From: Candidatus Omnitrophota bacterium
Lineage (GTDB): Bacteria > Omnitrophota > Gorgyraeia > Gygaellales > Profunditerraquicolaceae
DNA: 64,000 nt
NCBI GenBank assembly: GCA_041662125.1
Contig: JBAZTA010000002.1
Span: 76,154 to 140,153 of the forward strand
Direction: 5' to 3'
Shown: in pieces, positions 39,001 to 54,000 of the stretch
Position numbering within the stretch: the first letter of the stretch is position 1
Layout of the letters: each line of letters opens with the position of its first letter
Program-made: the position numbers and the translations under genes
The notes under the pieces: model-generated
The model's database searches: none
The model's input: only the letters and a program-made list of their open reading frames with translations
Told to the model about the DNA's origin: nothing

Positions 39001-42000
39001 GAATCTCTTGCGTTACTTGGCTGAAAAGGTAGAGGTTGGTAAGTTACAACCAGGATCACTTTTCGGTCTTTCATATTATAGCCGCAAACTAACTGATCAG
39101 GCTGGAAGGAAATTCGTGAAGGATTGTTATTCGTGGGTTCTGGCAGAGTATCCGTTTTTGACATCGGAAACTTTCTTCCTCTTACCTGAGTCAGACAGCC
39201 ACTGGAGGCTCACCCCTGCTCCGGGAAGAGGAAATGATTACCCGGCTTATGTGCAAGAATATACCTCTACATTACTCAGGGCACTATTTACTCCTGTCTG
39301 GAGGATAGCCGCCTCTGCGCTGGTTTATGAAGGTGCTTGCACTGAGCAAGACTCTCGTCTAATATCCGGGTCGCGTCGAAGTGCGTCGCCGATGGTAGAA
39401 CAAAGGAAAATTATGATTGAAGGCCGGGAATTATTCCCTTTAATCGCTCCTACGGCCATTACACATTCTTTTGATGAATCGTGTATCGTTGTACTCTCAC
39501 CTGAAGTAGCCAGCGAATTGACCGTAAGATCAAAAACTCAATTTCTAATCTTTCTTCCGGGTGGCCTGGAATTTCTGAGGAAAGCCGCTACGTTAGATAA
39601 TGCACGGAGAATGTTGCATGATGCCGTTTTTGTTGAAAATAGCGGATTTGCAACATTGGGCCAAGCAGGAAGTTTGCAGACTCTCCCTGAAGCACTGCGA
39701 ATTCCTTTTGTTACCTTGACCCACGAGAAACTATCCGTTCGAGGACAGACAAGAAAATTTCTTATCGTGGTTAATACCAGTAAAGCTCAGGCAAAAGAAG
39801 ACGCGATAATGCTGGCGGGCGTTGGAATTCATTTCGCAAAAACCCCTTTCTTAAAGCTCGAAATAAGAAATAAAGATATGATGACCAATAATGAGGAAAT
39901 ATTTAATACCGTCAAGACATTGGTTGAGCTTAACAGGGGCATTAGGATTATTCCTCTTATTGGAAAAGAAATCCCCCGGGATATGCTGGAGGAATTGTTG
40001 GATATCGTCCAAGTTATTGCTTTGCGTATTGAATTGACAAAACCGGGTTCCCGCAGAGGTTTAGGGCTTTCTGAAGAAGAAGATAAAGTGAGGGCGGTTA
40101 TCGCCTTAGCAAGAACAATAAGGCCGGGCATTCAATTGATCGGTGAATGTGGTATTGGTGAACCTGAACATGTGCGTCAAGTATTGAAAATGGGATGTAA
40201 TGGTGTTTTAGTCAATAATGCTATTACTCAATCCGCAGACCCTATAGCGGCAGCCGTTGCTTTTAGAGATGCGGTTAGTATTGGCACCAATAAACGTGAC
40301 GGTTTTATTGCTTCCGCTTCTGCGCTGGTGGTTTGGCCGGAAGTATTCATCAGCCGCAATGAGATACTCTCAAAACCGATAATTTTCTGCAATCAGTACA
40401 CTCTTGATACGGTTAATCCGGATTCTAAAGAATTTGTCGTAGCTTCAGGTTATGCCGGAACGGATATTATTAATCTTTGGTCAGCGACTCATTTTACCCG
40501 GGCATATTTAATCAATGATTTTGAAGTCAGAATAAAGAAGTTGATCGCCCATCGCGAAAATTGGAGCAGACTCGATAAAAATTCGCTGTATTTCTGGAAT
40601 AAATATCGCCTCGGGTATAATCCTACCTCAGATTTCTATGAAGAACGGGAATTCTTTATTATCCAGGAACTTCAAGCTATGGGGTTGGCAAAAGATAATA
40701 TACGTGATATTTATTTGGATGAAAAAGGAAGGGTTGTATTGTCTTTTACGTTATTTGAGGGTGATCACGAAAGAAAGATCGTCTTTGTTAAAGATAATAT
40801 TGTTTCTCCAAGCGATAAGTTGGATAAGGAGCTGTTTGGTAAGCTAGATGCGTATTATCAAAAAGCCTGCGAAGATTCTGGCAGGGATTATCAACGATAT
40901 CTGCCGATTGTTACGCAGTGGATCAAGCCGCTGGGCTTCTTGATCATTAACCCTTATCGTCAAATAGGCGGCCATATAAATCTCTTGGCTCTTTTAGAGG
41001 TCGATTTTATGAAGAAAACCGATGCAATGGGGAAATTTCTTTCATTGCTGGAAAGCAAGATAGGAATAGATATAGGTATGTTATTAAATGAATCTCCCGG
41101 GCATGGGTGGGCTACAGAGGCGTGGCAAAAACATCCCGCTTTTTTCCCACTTTTGAAGAAAGGCAAAAGTTTAAAGCGGACAGAAATTGCCTTTGATGAA
41201 GATATCCTTTTTCCTGTAGATTATATAGCCCGGAAATCTTTGTTTGGCCATAAAAATAACAGGTTATTGGCGACTGTTAATGGAGAGGTCGTGGTTGTTT
41301 ATTCGGAACCAAATGATGACGGTTATTCTGGCAGCGATAATTATGCGGTTACGCGTAATTATGAAGAATATTCCACAGTCAAGCAGATATCAGAGGGCTT
41401 GAATTTAGTTGAAAAGAGTTTAAAAATAGCGGAAGACGCGGTTAATGCTTCTGATTATGCGGTCATTAATTCCGCAGGTATACGCATGCAACATAGTTTT
41501 TATGTGTTCTCGGGTTTAAGATTAGATGACGAGCGTTTAGAGAAACAATTTATTAAAGTCCGCCAACATTTTCTTCAGAACGATAGGGTATATGAGATCT
41601 TTGTGGCTGAAGGAGTAAGCGGGAAAGATCTGCTGGGGAGCCTGCTTTTTATGGAGCGCCTTTGGGATAGGGACACCAGAATTGCAAAGAACCGATTCTT
41701 TGATGAACGCTCAAGGATTGTAGTAAGGAAAAAACTGCAGGATCTGTTCGTCGTGCTTTACAGAAATGAGATTTCCTCTGACAAGTTCTTTTCTTCTTCT
41801 TCGATTACTTCTCACTTTAACAGGAATGATAACGAAGCTTCACTTAAGACATGGAAAATAGAGCAAATACCATTCTCTCTATGGCAGGTTATAAAGCATC
41901 AAAGAGGAGGAATAAGTACTTGTTTGTTGATGTTCGGGTTATTCTTATCGATTTTTTATGCCGTGGCTGCATATTTTGAAAGTTATAATGTTCTCTTTGT

Positions 42001-45000
42001 CCCTCTTTTTATAGTATGGGCGTGTCGTTTCTATTGGAAAAAGTTACCTGTTCTCGTTAAGAGCTTCCACGAAAAATATATTACGCCATTTAATCCGCAA
42101 ACGGATATATTTTTGTGCGACAGGAAACAAAAGATGATCTTCCGGTATCAAGGCCCGGCGTATTTTATTCACGGGTTTACTATAGAAGGCAACCATACAC
42201 TCCAAAATGGATCATTAAAAGGACTGATCTTAGACTTGGTGCGGGAACACACGTTACCTAATATACTTGTCATTTCATGCAATCCGCAGGGAGGTTTGCT
42301 GGGAGAGGTGGTAATTCCTGCTATTCATGCGCGGTCTCAGATGTCTGTTCTTTTTGATATCTGGAGTTTACTGGATCATAAAGGTTGGAGAAAAGGCACA
42401 ATTTTTTATTCAAACGACGGGTTTTCGTTCGTGAATACGCGGGGAGAAGAAATGCCGTTAGAGGATGCTTTGGAAAAAGGGGTTTTAGGCAGTGCATCTT
42501 CAGCTCTTTCCCGGCCGGGTGGCTATCCGGATCAAAGGCTGGCTTTAGTGAAAGAGTATTTGCAGGAACATGGGTTTATTACGGTACTTATTTATACGAA
42601 GCTGTTGCGGGAGAATCTTGGAATTCCAAAGGTAAACGCGAATCAAAGGCGTTTGGATTTAAAGCAGTTAGCACGGGGAAACAAAAACATCGTTGTTGAA
42701 AAGGGTCAAGACGGTAGAAAAGTTTACCGGTTGCTTCCTGAAAGCGCAGCTTCTGCGTTAGTCTCTTGGGGACAGGTGCCCGATTGGCTTTGCAGACGCT
42801 ACAGCTTTGGACTAGTACCTGGTGTGAAGGCAAGTTCCCCTGTTGAATATTCGCAGGTTAAGGCGTTAGCAGAGACAATATGGGAAGCAAAGATAGCGTA
42901 TGGAGAATATACGGCCATGGCGACTTGTCGTGATACCGGAGTCGGATCTCAAGATTCTTCAACCTGGCCAGTTAATTTCCGGGACGAGGTAATTCTGGAT
43001 AAATGCAAGAAGGAATTTATCAGCAGTATTTTTCTTTTAGCCAACGCATATAAAGATCTTTCCATTGAACAGTTATTTGATTATGTGATGAAAGTTATTG
43101 AGACGGATGAGGTAATAATCAGTTACGGTTTTATTAGAGATGAATCAGAAGGAGATGTTCAAATATATTGCCAGGATAGGCAGACAGCCAAAGTCCCGTA
43201 TATAAATCCGTTGATATTGACTGCAGAGATCGGGAAAAGCCAAGAAGTTTCTCAAAAACCAGAAAGATTACGTTGTGCAAGACCAAACTGGTATGATATT
43301 TCAGAAATGGAAAAGGCCTTGGTATTGATACAAGGCAAATACAAATTATGGTTAATCCTTAATCCTCATGCGTTACGTTGCGAAAAAGATAATGCAGTTT
43401 TAGGTTTTTATAATGATTTCCTGGAAGAATCAGCATCAGTAAGGTCTTTCGCGAGCTTTTGGCCCAGGCTTTATGGTGCTTTATTTATCCCTTCTGCTGA
43501 CCCGAAAACACATGAGGTAAACCGGGTGTCGTTAGCGTTAAATGCTGCTGTTAAACTAATAGATGCAGGCCTTGTTTTAAATAATGATAAGATTTTGGTT
43601 TTGGCTGAGTCTTTAAGTACAGAGTATGCGTTAGGAAAATTAAGTATTCTTTTGCAAAAAGCTTTGATCGTTCCAGGCCCGGAAGGAGTTATCCAGGAGT
43701 TAATTTTTAAATACCGCACCGCAAGAATAATAAAACAATTCAGTGATTGGCAAAAGGTTTGTAGTGAGCAAGAGATTCCCCTTGAACAAAAGATCGCCTG
43801 GCTCACCGTTAACATGAGAGACGCGATAATAGTAGGGTACGATTTTACGGCTCTGGATATACATGAAATTTACGAGAAAACATTATTTAAAGAAACAAGC
43901 ACTGATTTTATAGAAAGAGCGCAGGTGGAGGCTGAAATTTTTGAAGAAATTTACCGGGTAAGTTCTTCTACTCTTTCTGCGCAGAAAAAGATAATCAAAA
44001 ATATTTATAGAAGTTCTCGTTCGCTTATGACGAGCATAGCTGATCATATAAAGCTTCAGTATTATTCCGGCGTAAAGCCGTTATACATTGTTTCTGTCGG
44101 CGGTGGAGCGGGTGTGGGAAAGACTACATTCGTTGACCGGTTAAAGAGGGCATTAAACCGAAGAGGACTAAAAGTAGCAATTATACGGGAAGACTCTTTT
44201 ATTAAGACGAAAGCAGCTAGAAAGATCATTGGCACAGAATGGGATGCGTATCATATCCGGTTAGCTTCATTAAATACAGCAATGTTTCAGATTGTTAATG
44301 GTAAAACCAAAATATTCATAGAATGTTACGTGCGTAGATATCCGGATAAGTATATTCAGAGAGAGCTTGATCTGCGTGGTGTCCAAGTCATTATTTTAGA
44401 TGGCTTGCATGTGGTATCAGATGAAAACCGGTTAGGGAACCTTGCCGTATACGCGGATGTGCCTATTTTTATGGATACAGCAGTGGACGTTTTGAAAGCT
44501 TGGAGATTTCAGCAGGAGTGGGCAAAACCATATCCTCGGACATTAGAAGAAATGGAGCGGCATTGGAATGAAGGTATTCTACCTGACCTCTATGGTAATA
44601 TTTTACCTTCAATGAAAAATGCAAGATTGATTATTCATGTTAATGAAATGCGACTGATGAGGCTTGAAGCGCAAGCTGGAATTGTCACTCCCGCTTCCTC
44701 GTCACCGGCGCAGGCTTTGTTAGGGCCGGATTATACCTGGGTGGAGCGTCAAAGAAATATAGCTGATCTAGCGGCCGGTTCAGTAGGAACCATTCGCCTC
44801 AAGAATTCGGCGGTCGAGAACATTAGTATAGCGATAGAAGAGATCCAAAGGATAGGGTCACTCTCTGCGTACTATAAACTCGTGTTTCTTAACGCGGCTG
44901 ATGAGAGCGAGATCGGATTCTTGTATTTTGTAGATTTCCTTGCAGACTGTAAGTTAAGGATCTTAAGATTCTATTTAAATCAATCCATGAGAAGCAACAA

Positions 45001-48000
45001 CCTTATTTATCTTATGGTCAATGTTTTGATGGGTGAACTTATTGCGCGAAGGAATAGTTTTGAAGTGATCCCTTGCGCCTTAAAAGCGATCCCTGTTTTA
45101 ACTGAGGTTTTCCGTAAATTCGGGCTTGAATATCGTGAGTCTGAAGATAGGGTTGTATTAGATAGCGATGTTGGAGACTGGAAGCTTTATTTCAGGCGGA
45201 TCAGCCCCGTGGTTACAAAGTTAGAAGATTATTATAAAAGCGCAATACATGAGCCTGCAGGTAAAGCTTCTGGCCCTCAAGGTTCTTCTCCTCTCCAGTC
45301 AGATAATCTTACCTCTGGACCAAGTGTATTTATAGATATTGCGTCGTTAGAGATCCGCACTGAGAAATATTTGCTGACGTTTAAACTCGATTATGGTGAA
45401 AGATACCGTATTTATAAAGACGGCCGGGCCGCGGGAAGTTTTACTTTGGAATTTACCCGCGAATCGCTGAATATTTATAATATTGATATATTCCCGAATA
45501 TGCAGCGAGAGGGGATAGCTAAGGTTATATTACTTAAATTGTTTGCTTCTTGCATTGAGGCAGAGAGGCATCTTACTATTTATGATGCCGGCTGCGCGGA
45601 CAGGATCTATAACCTGGTAAAATATTATTTTTCCGAGTATCCCAAACAGATCAAGATCAAAGGCAAAACTTCTGATTACCGGGAAGTAGCATTTGATGAG
45701 GCTAAAGAACTTATAACGCCGGTATCGTCTATTATCATCAGTATCTTCCCGCGCGCCAAAGAATCAGCTTCCGCAATTACGGCCCAGAGTTTTCTCGATA
45801 GCTATCCTTTGGCTGGAAATCCTGTTCATACGTATCCGTTGTTCGTGCCTCATCAGGATGGATTGAGGTATTCTTATAACCTTAATCGGGAGGCACATGT
45901 TAGTTTAGAAAGCAATAAATATATGCTGCGGGGTTGTCTTGATGGGGCCGCGCAGGCGGTATTAGCAGGCCTTTTTAACGATTACCTTATCTCCATTAGG
46001 TCATACCTGCAAAATGCTCCTCCGGAGAAATTAATAGTAGCCGTTACCAATAGAGAATCAAACCTGCAGTTCCTTTCTTCGCGCCTGTTCGTCTCTATCG
46101 CCTCAATATATGGCAGCTCTCTCGTGTATGTCCATCCCTCTCTTTTTAGCCTTGCTTCGATCATCCAGGAAGATATTATCCGCCATATGGCCGGCTACGC
46201 GCGCGGTTTAAGTGTCCGGGAGGTTATCGGATCAACAGTCGCTTACTTTACGATACGTCCACAAAAAGCAAAACTTTTCTTAGAAACGGTTAAAAAAGAA
46301 GGGCTATTATTAGATGAATCTTATGGAAAATTAATAAAACAGGCAGGGGATATTGACAATCGACGGGCATCTTCATCTCTGGTTAGGCAAGATTCTTTCA
46401 TTCATCAACTCAACATAGATAGTACTGATGTGCCGTTTGTAAAAGAGGCGTTGGTTCATTTAATCAGGGATTACGGGCACAAAGCATCTACCCTGAGTGT
46501 TTTGGCAAAAGCGATAAGGAGCATTAAAGAAGGAAGAGGGGGTATCCCTTTTAGAATAAAGGATGCCTATTATGTGGCGAAAATGATCTTGAACTTTCAA
46601 GATGCGCTTTTTAATCCTTCTTATACGTGTAATATTTATAATCCTTTTAAGGGGTTTGCCGCAATTATTCCGTCATTGCCATTTTCTGATGAAGATAGCT
46701 TGGTATTTGCCGTATTTCCTCAAGAACAGCTTGCTTTCAGGAATAATACCGAACCAGAGAAACAGCATGTGCCAGCTGCCCTCTATTACATTGGATATCA
46801 AAATAACGCCAATAACCTCATCGTGCATACTATGCAGAGTGACCTTTTTGGCAGTTTGAAAGACGGCTGGAGAAAACGGTGTAAATTCTGGCCTGAAATG
46901 GGGATTTCATTATTGGAAAGCTATGCGCAAGAAAGAAAAATGCATGGTATTTTTATTGCGCCTGCCGCGTATCAAAAGGAAAAATGGCTCAATATTCCTG
47001 AGCATTTGGCCAAGAGGATTTATGATGAAGCTCCGTATAAGCAGGGATACGTTCCCGTCTCTCTTTATCCACAGTGTATCATAGAAACGGTTGTTTTGCG
47101 TCAGGCATGGTATAAGACAATCCTCTCGGGTTTGAGTTCTTCTCCTTTAAATAATGGTATTCATGAGACATCTGAATTAAAACACTTGAGGGTGCTCCTT
47201 GGGGGAACGTTCTCTGATAAGCGAGTAATTGATGATGCAATACGGCTTATGGGAGACAACGGCTTACGTGAACAAGGGATACTTTTGCTTCAGAAAAAGT
47301 TATGGCAGCAGAAGGGCCGTGGTTTTGAGGAAAGTGATCCTGAGTTACGTAAGTATATCTGGGAAAAGCTTATGACGGTTTCTTTCAGAGAAGGAGGTTT
47401 TATTAAGATCGTCAAGAGAAGTAGTTTGCCTTTTACCATAACCCGGCAATTGTTTAAAGAGCTGGGCCACGCGGTTATAGCCGGAACAATGCCTCAAGGA
47501 GGTTCTCTTTCTTTGGGCGGATACCTTTTTAAATTTACGCAGTATGGCGGCGTGGATTATGAATTAGAAGTGGAAGCGGGACTTTTGAAGCGCATATTCT
47601 TCATGAATGATTATTCTCTGGTAGAGTTCCTTTCGGTTCTTGACCGCTGCACAGGGGAAATTATTGATCTGCATTGCGGGAAGATCCCCCAAGGGCGTTT
47701 CAGCGGCTATCAAGATGCGGTTATAGAGGGATATTTGGGAAGAGATGGAATATTGGATTTGGCCGGCAGGCGTTGGGCTAAATTCGGCAGTGAATTCGCC
47801 TATGAAAAGGCCAGGCTTTATGTTAAAGGCGGTTTAGTGAGTCGCTGTCAATCAATGGAGTCAGAGTTTGATGAAACGTTTTCATTGATCTGGGATGACA
47901 GGAAGGATGTTTATATTGATTGCTTTTGGGCTCGATTACCTCAGCAGAAATTGAACGTTTTGCAATCGTATCACCAGATACATCTTTTTAGGTTAAGTAA

Positions 48001-51000
48001 GGATGGTTCGTTGTTATTAGGAGGAGAGGAATGGATTAATTTTGGCGAGGAATATTCTTACCGCTACGCGGATATCTTTGATATACGTAATCCAAGCGGG
48101 GAAAAAGCGTTTATATTCGGGGCTCGGGTTTGGGAAGGTGCTGATATGAAAGTTTCTAAAAGCCTCTCCGGAGTTTACGCGCTTCAAGAAGGCAGCCGTC
48201 CGCAAGATTTTATCAAAGGAGAATTATTGGCTGTTTTTGAGAAATGGAGCGATAAAAAGATGGCTCAACTGCCTACGCAGAATTACATCATTTCTCCAAG
48301 GACATTAACTGTTAACGCAGCGTTGGAATTGCAGGGGTTCGTTGCATCTTTCTCAGATGAATTTTTCTCTTGTGCTGAAGTTGAGGTTATGGTTATGGGA
48401 GGAGAAAAACGGCTGGTAAGGTTCATACGTGACAATCGTGGCGTACCGGTATTTGATAGTGAAAATAAACCGCTCGTGATAGATCTGTCTTTAGGCATTA
48501 AGGCACAGTGTTTTGAAAAAGCCAAGGCATATCAGGATAAAAGGCGCAGCACGGTACAGTCGCGTTTTAATGAGGCGGTTGGGTATTATAATAATGGAGA
48601 TGTGGAAAATACACGACAACTGCTTTCTCAAATAAATAGATCTTTTAGTCAGAGAAGAATTCTGATCGATGGAGAACGATCTCTTGTTAGGCAATCAAAG
48701 GCGTTTATTCATTGGCTGGAAACTATCCGTCTTCTGCGCCAAAAACTTTCTTGTTTGAAAGGTGAAGGCGTAACTGTTTTAAGGGAATTATTGCCTATTC
48801 TTGAACTGCGGTATTTTGAGCCGCACGCCGCGGAATATTTACAGGAAATAGAGCGTAGGATCATGGATATGGTTCAGGAGAAAGCAATGGAGGGCCTTTA
48901 TTACCGGCAGGCAATAAAGGATATCCGTCATGCCGTTACCGTAGAAGCATTGCATGCCTTGTTTTTGGATAATCTGAAAGCCTCAGGCCGGGAAGAAATT
49001 GAATTGTTACGGAGTGAAAGGCGAAAAGAGATAATCGAGCAAGAGGTTGAAGGAAAGAGCATGGTTGATTTACAGCGGATGCTTTGGAAGGAAGACGAGC
49101 TGCATCAGGATTTTGCCTTGCCTCAGGATGATCATGAATCGCGCCTCTACGTGTGGAGAAAGCTTTTAGCTCTGTCATTTGGCAAAGATACGCCCGTTCA
49201 ATATCTTAACCGGCAGGATTCCTCGAGAGCGGTTAATCGCGGAGCGTTACGCTCATTAGGCCATGTGGTGATCCGCGGAGTCTTGAAAGGCAACTTTGCA
49301 CTGCGTATTGGTGAATATAGCTTTGGCTTCCGGGGATACGCAGATTCCGCCTATGAGCTTGAAGTGGATAATGGCATCCTGCGGCAGATATTTTTCTTTA
49401 AAGACCATACGCTGTTTGAATTTTTTCCTATTATAGACAACCATACGGGTGAGGTCATTGATGTTCACCGAGGTACGATCGTTACCAATAAATTTATGCG
49501 CTACAACGATATTACGACCTTAACGTATCTGGGAGTCAATGGGCAGCTTCGTATCGGAGGCAGGCGGCCGAATATCCTGGGTGATCGTAAAAAAGGGATT
49601 TGGACTTGGGCATCTTTTGGAGAAGAATACAAATATCAAAAAGTGAAGCTCGTGATCAAAGACGGATTAATATCATGGTGTACTTCGATGGAGTCCGGCC
49701 TGGATGAACCGTTTATTTTGATCAAAGATAAACGCCAGGGGAAGTTTATTTCCTGCATCTGGGGCCGTTTCCTTGAAGAGCATTTAAATCAGTTGCGGCC
49801 ATGGCATGAGATCCATCAGAAACGCTTGACTAAAAGAGGGTTGTTGATCATGGCCAATAAGGTATGGATGGATTTTGGCGCGGATTGCGGATATGGGTTT
49901 GCCTGTGTGGATGGTATTTTAAATCCCTCTCACAAGAAAGCTTTTTTAGTGAGAGCTTACGCGAATAAAAAAGACGGGTCTTTGGTGCATAAGAAATTGA
50001 ATAAGCTTTATGCCCTCGATAATGGATTTAGTCCGGATGATTTCAAACCGGGTGAATTAATTGAAGTATTTGAGCGATGGAGTGAGAATTTAGAGGCATT
50101 AGTGTCTGTCTTTCTTCAGGGTAACTTTATTATTCAGGGCCTTACGACTGATGCCAAGGGCCGTTTTTGGTTCCGCGATTTTGATATTACCGCAGAGCGC
50201 CTTCCCGAAGTAGCAGTCGAAATTTTGGCTTTAGATAACCAGGTCGCACTTATCCGTTACCGTAATGATTCATGCGGTAGGCCTGTTTACGGTATTGATG
50301 GCAGGCTTTTTGTCGAGATTGACCTGCGGGAAGGTAGTCTCAGGTCGCAGCTCTGGCAAAAATCCCAAGCATATCAGTCGGTTCATATGCAGCGCTTAGC
50401 TGCTCGATACCGCCAGGCAGTTGCGTTGGTAAGGCAAAATGACTATCCCGGCGCGCTTCATTATTTGCATGTTTTAAAGAGCAGGCTTGAAACTGAGAAG
50501 ATCCGTGTTTCAGGTGAAAAGACTATTGCCCGCAGGGCTGATACGATCCGTGCTTTGATAGTCGAAGTTAATTCGCTGAGGCAAAAAATCAGGCGAATGG
50601 ATGAGAAAACGGCAAAGTTACTCGAAGAAGATCTTGCGGGAGTCATTCCGCAATACCTGGACGGCGGCCGCGCTGCCATAGGGGATTTACTTTCACGGTT
50701 GCGCAGGATAGAGAGAGGCTTGCGTCAGGAAAGGTTTGCACTGATGAAGCGGGTAAGAACGGCCTGTATAGAGTTGCTGCATGCGCAATCTTTAGAAGAA
50801 TTGGAAAATATAACGCTCAGCGGTTTTGATGGATCGGCGCTGGAAAAAATATCGCGGGTGAAAGAAATTAGACGTAAACGACTTCTCTCTTCCCGAGAAA
50901 AAGAACTTGTTCGAAACTTGAGGGAAGATCTGCGCCAGGCAAATGCGCTTGCGTCACTGGAGCAGCTGAGTATTGACAATGCTATTGGAGAGCCCCGTCG

Positions 51001-54000
51001 AGAGAAATTGAGCCGTCTTATTGAAGCAAAAAGGCGTGAGCTTCTGCTGAAAGGTTTAAAGCAGAAGATATTTGGCGCCCGCAGTGAATCTGAACTGGAA
51101 GATATCATTGATGACATTAATAAAGAAACGTATCCGGAGGCTATCCTGTATCAGCAGAAGCAATCCTTACGGATTAAACAATGGAGGCAGCGGCGTAAAT
51201 ATCCTGATTTAGAATCTACGAAAGCGGCATATTATAGCCGCGAGCCCGAAGAACGGACTCCTGAAGCGCTTAAGCGAAAGCTTTCTGAAGGAGGAGACTG
51301 GTGCCTTTATGATGCTGCTTGTAGGTATGGGATCCTTGAGAGGCAGTCCCAACAGGATAAAGAGCCAATCGAATTAACCGGCCATCAAAAGTTCATGCTC
51401 AAGATTTGGGAGTATTCACAAGAGAATACCTTGGATAGACAGGAAACTGATGTGTATGGTGTGAGTAACGTTGAGCTTTGGTATATGATGGTTGAAGATA
51501 ATGACGCACTGGCTCAGGAAAAGCTTCTTCAGGCATTTATGCCGAAGGCGTTTAGCTTGATGAAGAAGTTTGGCGGTGTTGATCCGCTTAACCGGATCAC
51601 ATCGGCTGAACAGGCTTTTTACAGTGATGACCTTATGGGTACGGCAATTAATACAATATTAGAGGCCCTGAGAAAATGGAACCCTGATCTATGCGTTAAT
51701 TTGGAGGATTATGTTGAACAGGAAATGCTCGTTGCCGTGCGGCAGGAAAGGAACCATCCGTTAACCAATACGCATATGACCATGTCTTTGTCTAATCCGT
51801 ATGGCAATAAGTGCGATCCAGGTGATAGGGGAGGTACTAACTTTTCTGGCAGCCGATACAAGCAATTGGAAGACAACCTTTCTGAAAATAGTGTTCCAGA
51901 TCCGGCAGAGCGTTTTGTGCGCATGAAAGAATTTCTTGAAGCGGTTGTTGCACGCGATTATCCGATTCCTGAAACTTGGGAACGAGATGAATTGTTAGAG
52001 CTTTTGTTCAGCAGGCGGGAGAAAGAAACCTTTAAAGATGATCTGCGGGATTATATAACAAGGGAAAAGCTTATGCTTTCTTCTTTGGAGCCGTTTTCAG
52101 TCTGGATGGTAGGAAGTATGGGATACCTCGGCCTGGCGCGTAAAGGAATAAGTGATGTCAATCTCTTGGTATTGACAGAAGCATCTGGGGATAAGATTTA
52201 CAAAGCTGCTCAGTATATGCAGTATGCGCTGGGAGGAACGCTTGAGGTTCGTGAAGGTCAAGACGTGACGTTATCTGTCGGCAAAAACGGTGATTTCAGT
52301 AATTTACTTTTTGAGGCTCCTGGTTTTGTTGATTTTATGCAGAGCCATTGCCTTGGCAGCGAGTTTCGCGGGTATCTTTCGGTAGATATAGTGGGAGTTA
52401 ATGGTTTTGATCAGCCGCTAAAACGTTCTTTGCAGCGGTCTTATTTACATATCGCGGAGAACCTTTATAAGCTTGGTATTAACGCTGTAGGGGTTATGGA
52501 GTCTCCTGTGGGCTACAGCCATAAAGTAGTTAAGAAAATACTTTCGGCAGTCTCGCATGATGCTCAAGAGTATGCCTATTTCGTCCATGAATTCCAGATG
52601 CGTTTCTTTGCCAAGCAGGTAAGAAAAGTATTGCGAGAACTTAATGACCAGGGGATGACTTGCCTACGGGCAAGTTCTCCTGTTTCTGCTGAACATCCCA
52701 CATCCGTATTTTACCAAAAGATCCGTCAATTCAATAAAAATCTGCGTTTGATCGTTGAGCGTGAGTTTTATACGCGTGATGATATTGAAAGGATTTTTAA
52801 TGATTCGTTTGCCGGCTGCTCAATGAGCGAGATGGCAGCTGTTGTATATTTAGTCAAAGCATTGATACTGCGATTAAGGAGTGGCAAGAGGGGCGGGCCA
52901 ATGGATCTTCAATTTATTTTATCAATGGACCAGTTTGTGGCTGAAGGCGTATTGACGCGCGAGGAGCGTTGGCAATTAAGGAATATGCGTGATTATGGGT
53001 TCATTGATAACATTTTTACGCGTTTACAGCGGCGTATACTTATTGAAGCTGAATTTATCCAACTGCCCCGTCATTCGGATGTTATGCGTTTCTCCCGGCT
53101 TGATAGAAAAAGAGCGCTCGATATTGAAAAATCTCTTAAAGCTGATTTAGCCGGTTCTCGCATCCTTTGGGTAGATGATCTGCCGCTTATCTGGGAGATC
53201 ACTGAAGCGCGCACGCAGCCGTATTTTGCGGTGATAATCAAGCCAAACGGCATAATTTCTCGTATCGTCATAAAATCACGGTTTTGTGAGATTGAAGAGC
53301 ACCATATTTCAGGAATAGTGGGGAATCAGTTGCTTGAAACAATTCAGGCGCCGAGTGTCTGGATGCAAGAGGGGGCGCGCTATGCTTATATTCGAGAGGT
53401 TGTCGGTGTAGATATTCTGGAATTCATTTGGGACTTAACGAGGCTGGATGAAGAAATACAGCGAAGATTTTTCTATGGGTTAGGATTGGCTATGGCTGAA
53501 GCGCATATTTTAGGCATGCACGACCGCCGGCACAACTTAGTGATCAATGTAGACAAATTGCGCAAATACCCGACAGAAGAATTAATCATTCTTGAAAAAA
53601 GGCCGGTTATTAATATTGACAGGGAAAGTATGCTCCATCCTGATTATCTCAAGAGAAATCCTCAGGATGATCATTATGAAGCCGCGCATGTGTATTCGTC
53701 GCTTGCTCATCCTGCGCCGCAGGTGTTCCGTAAGCATTTTGAGTGCTATCTTCAGGGTTTTGGCGATGCTTATAAGAACCATACGGAATATTTTAGGTTA
53801 GGGCAGACAGATAATCAAAAGCGCATTATTGATTTAGCGGGTACCCATGCATTGCCTGTTATTGAGCGCTTGAGGCAGGATACCAGCGGTATTGAATCAT
53901 TGGTTGATACTATACGCACGCAAATCATAAAGTTGTTAAACATTAAGCCAGGCTCTAGTTCTCCGATTCAGGGTGCTCTGTCTGTGAACGATCAGCTTTT

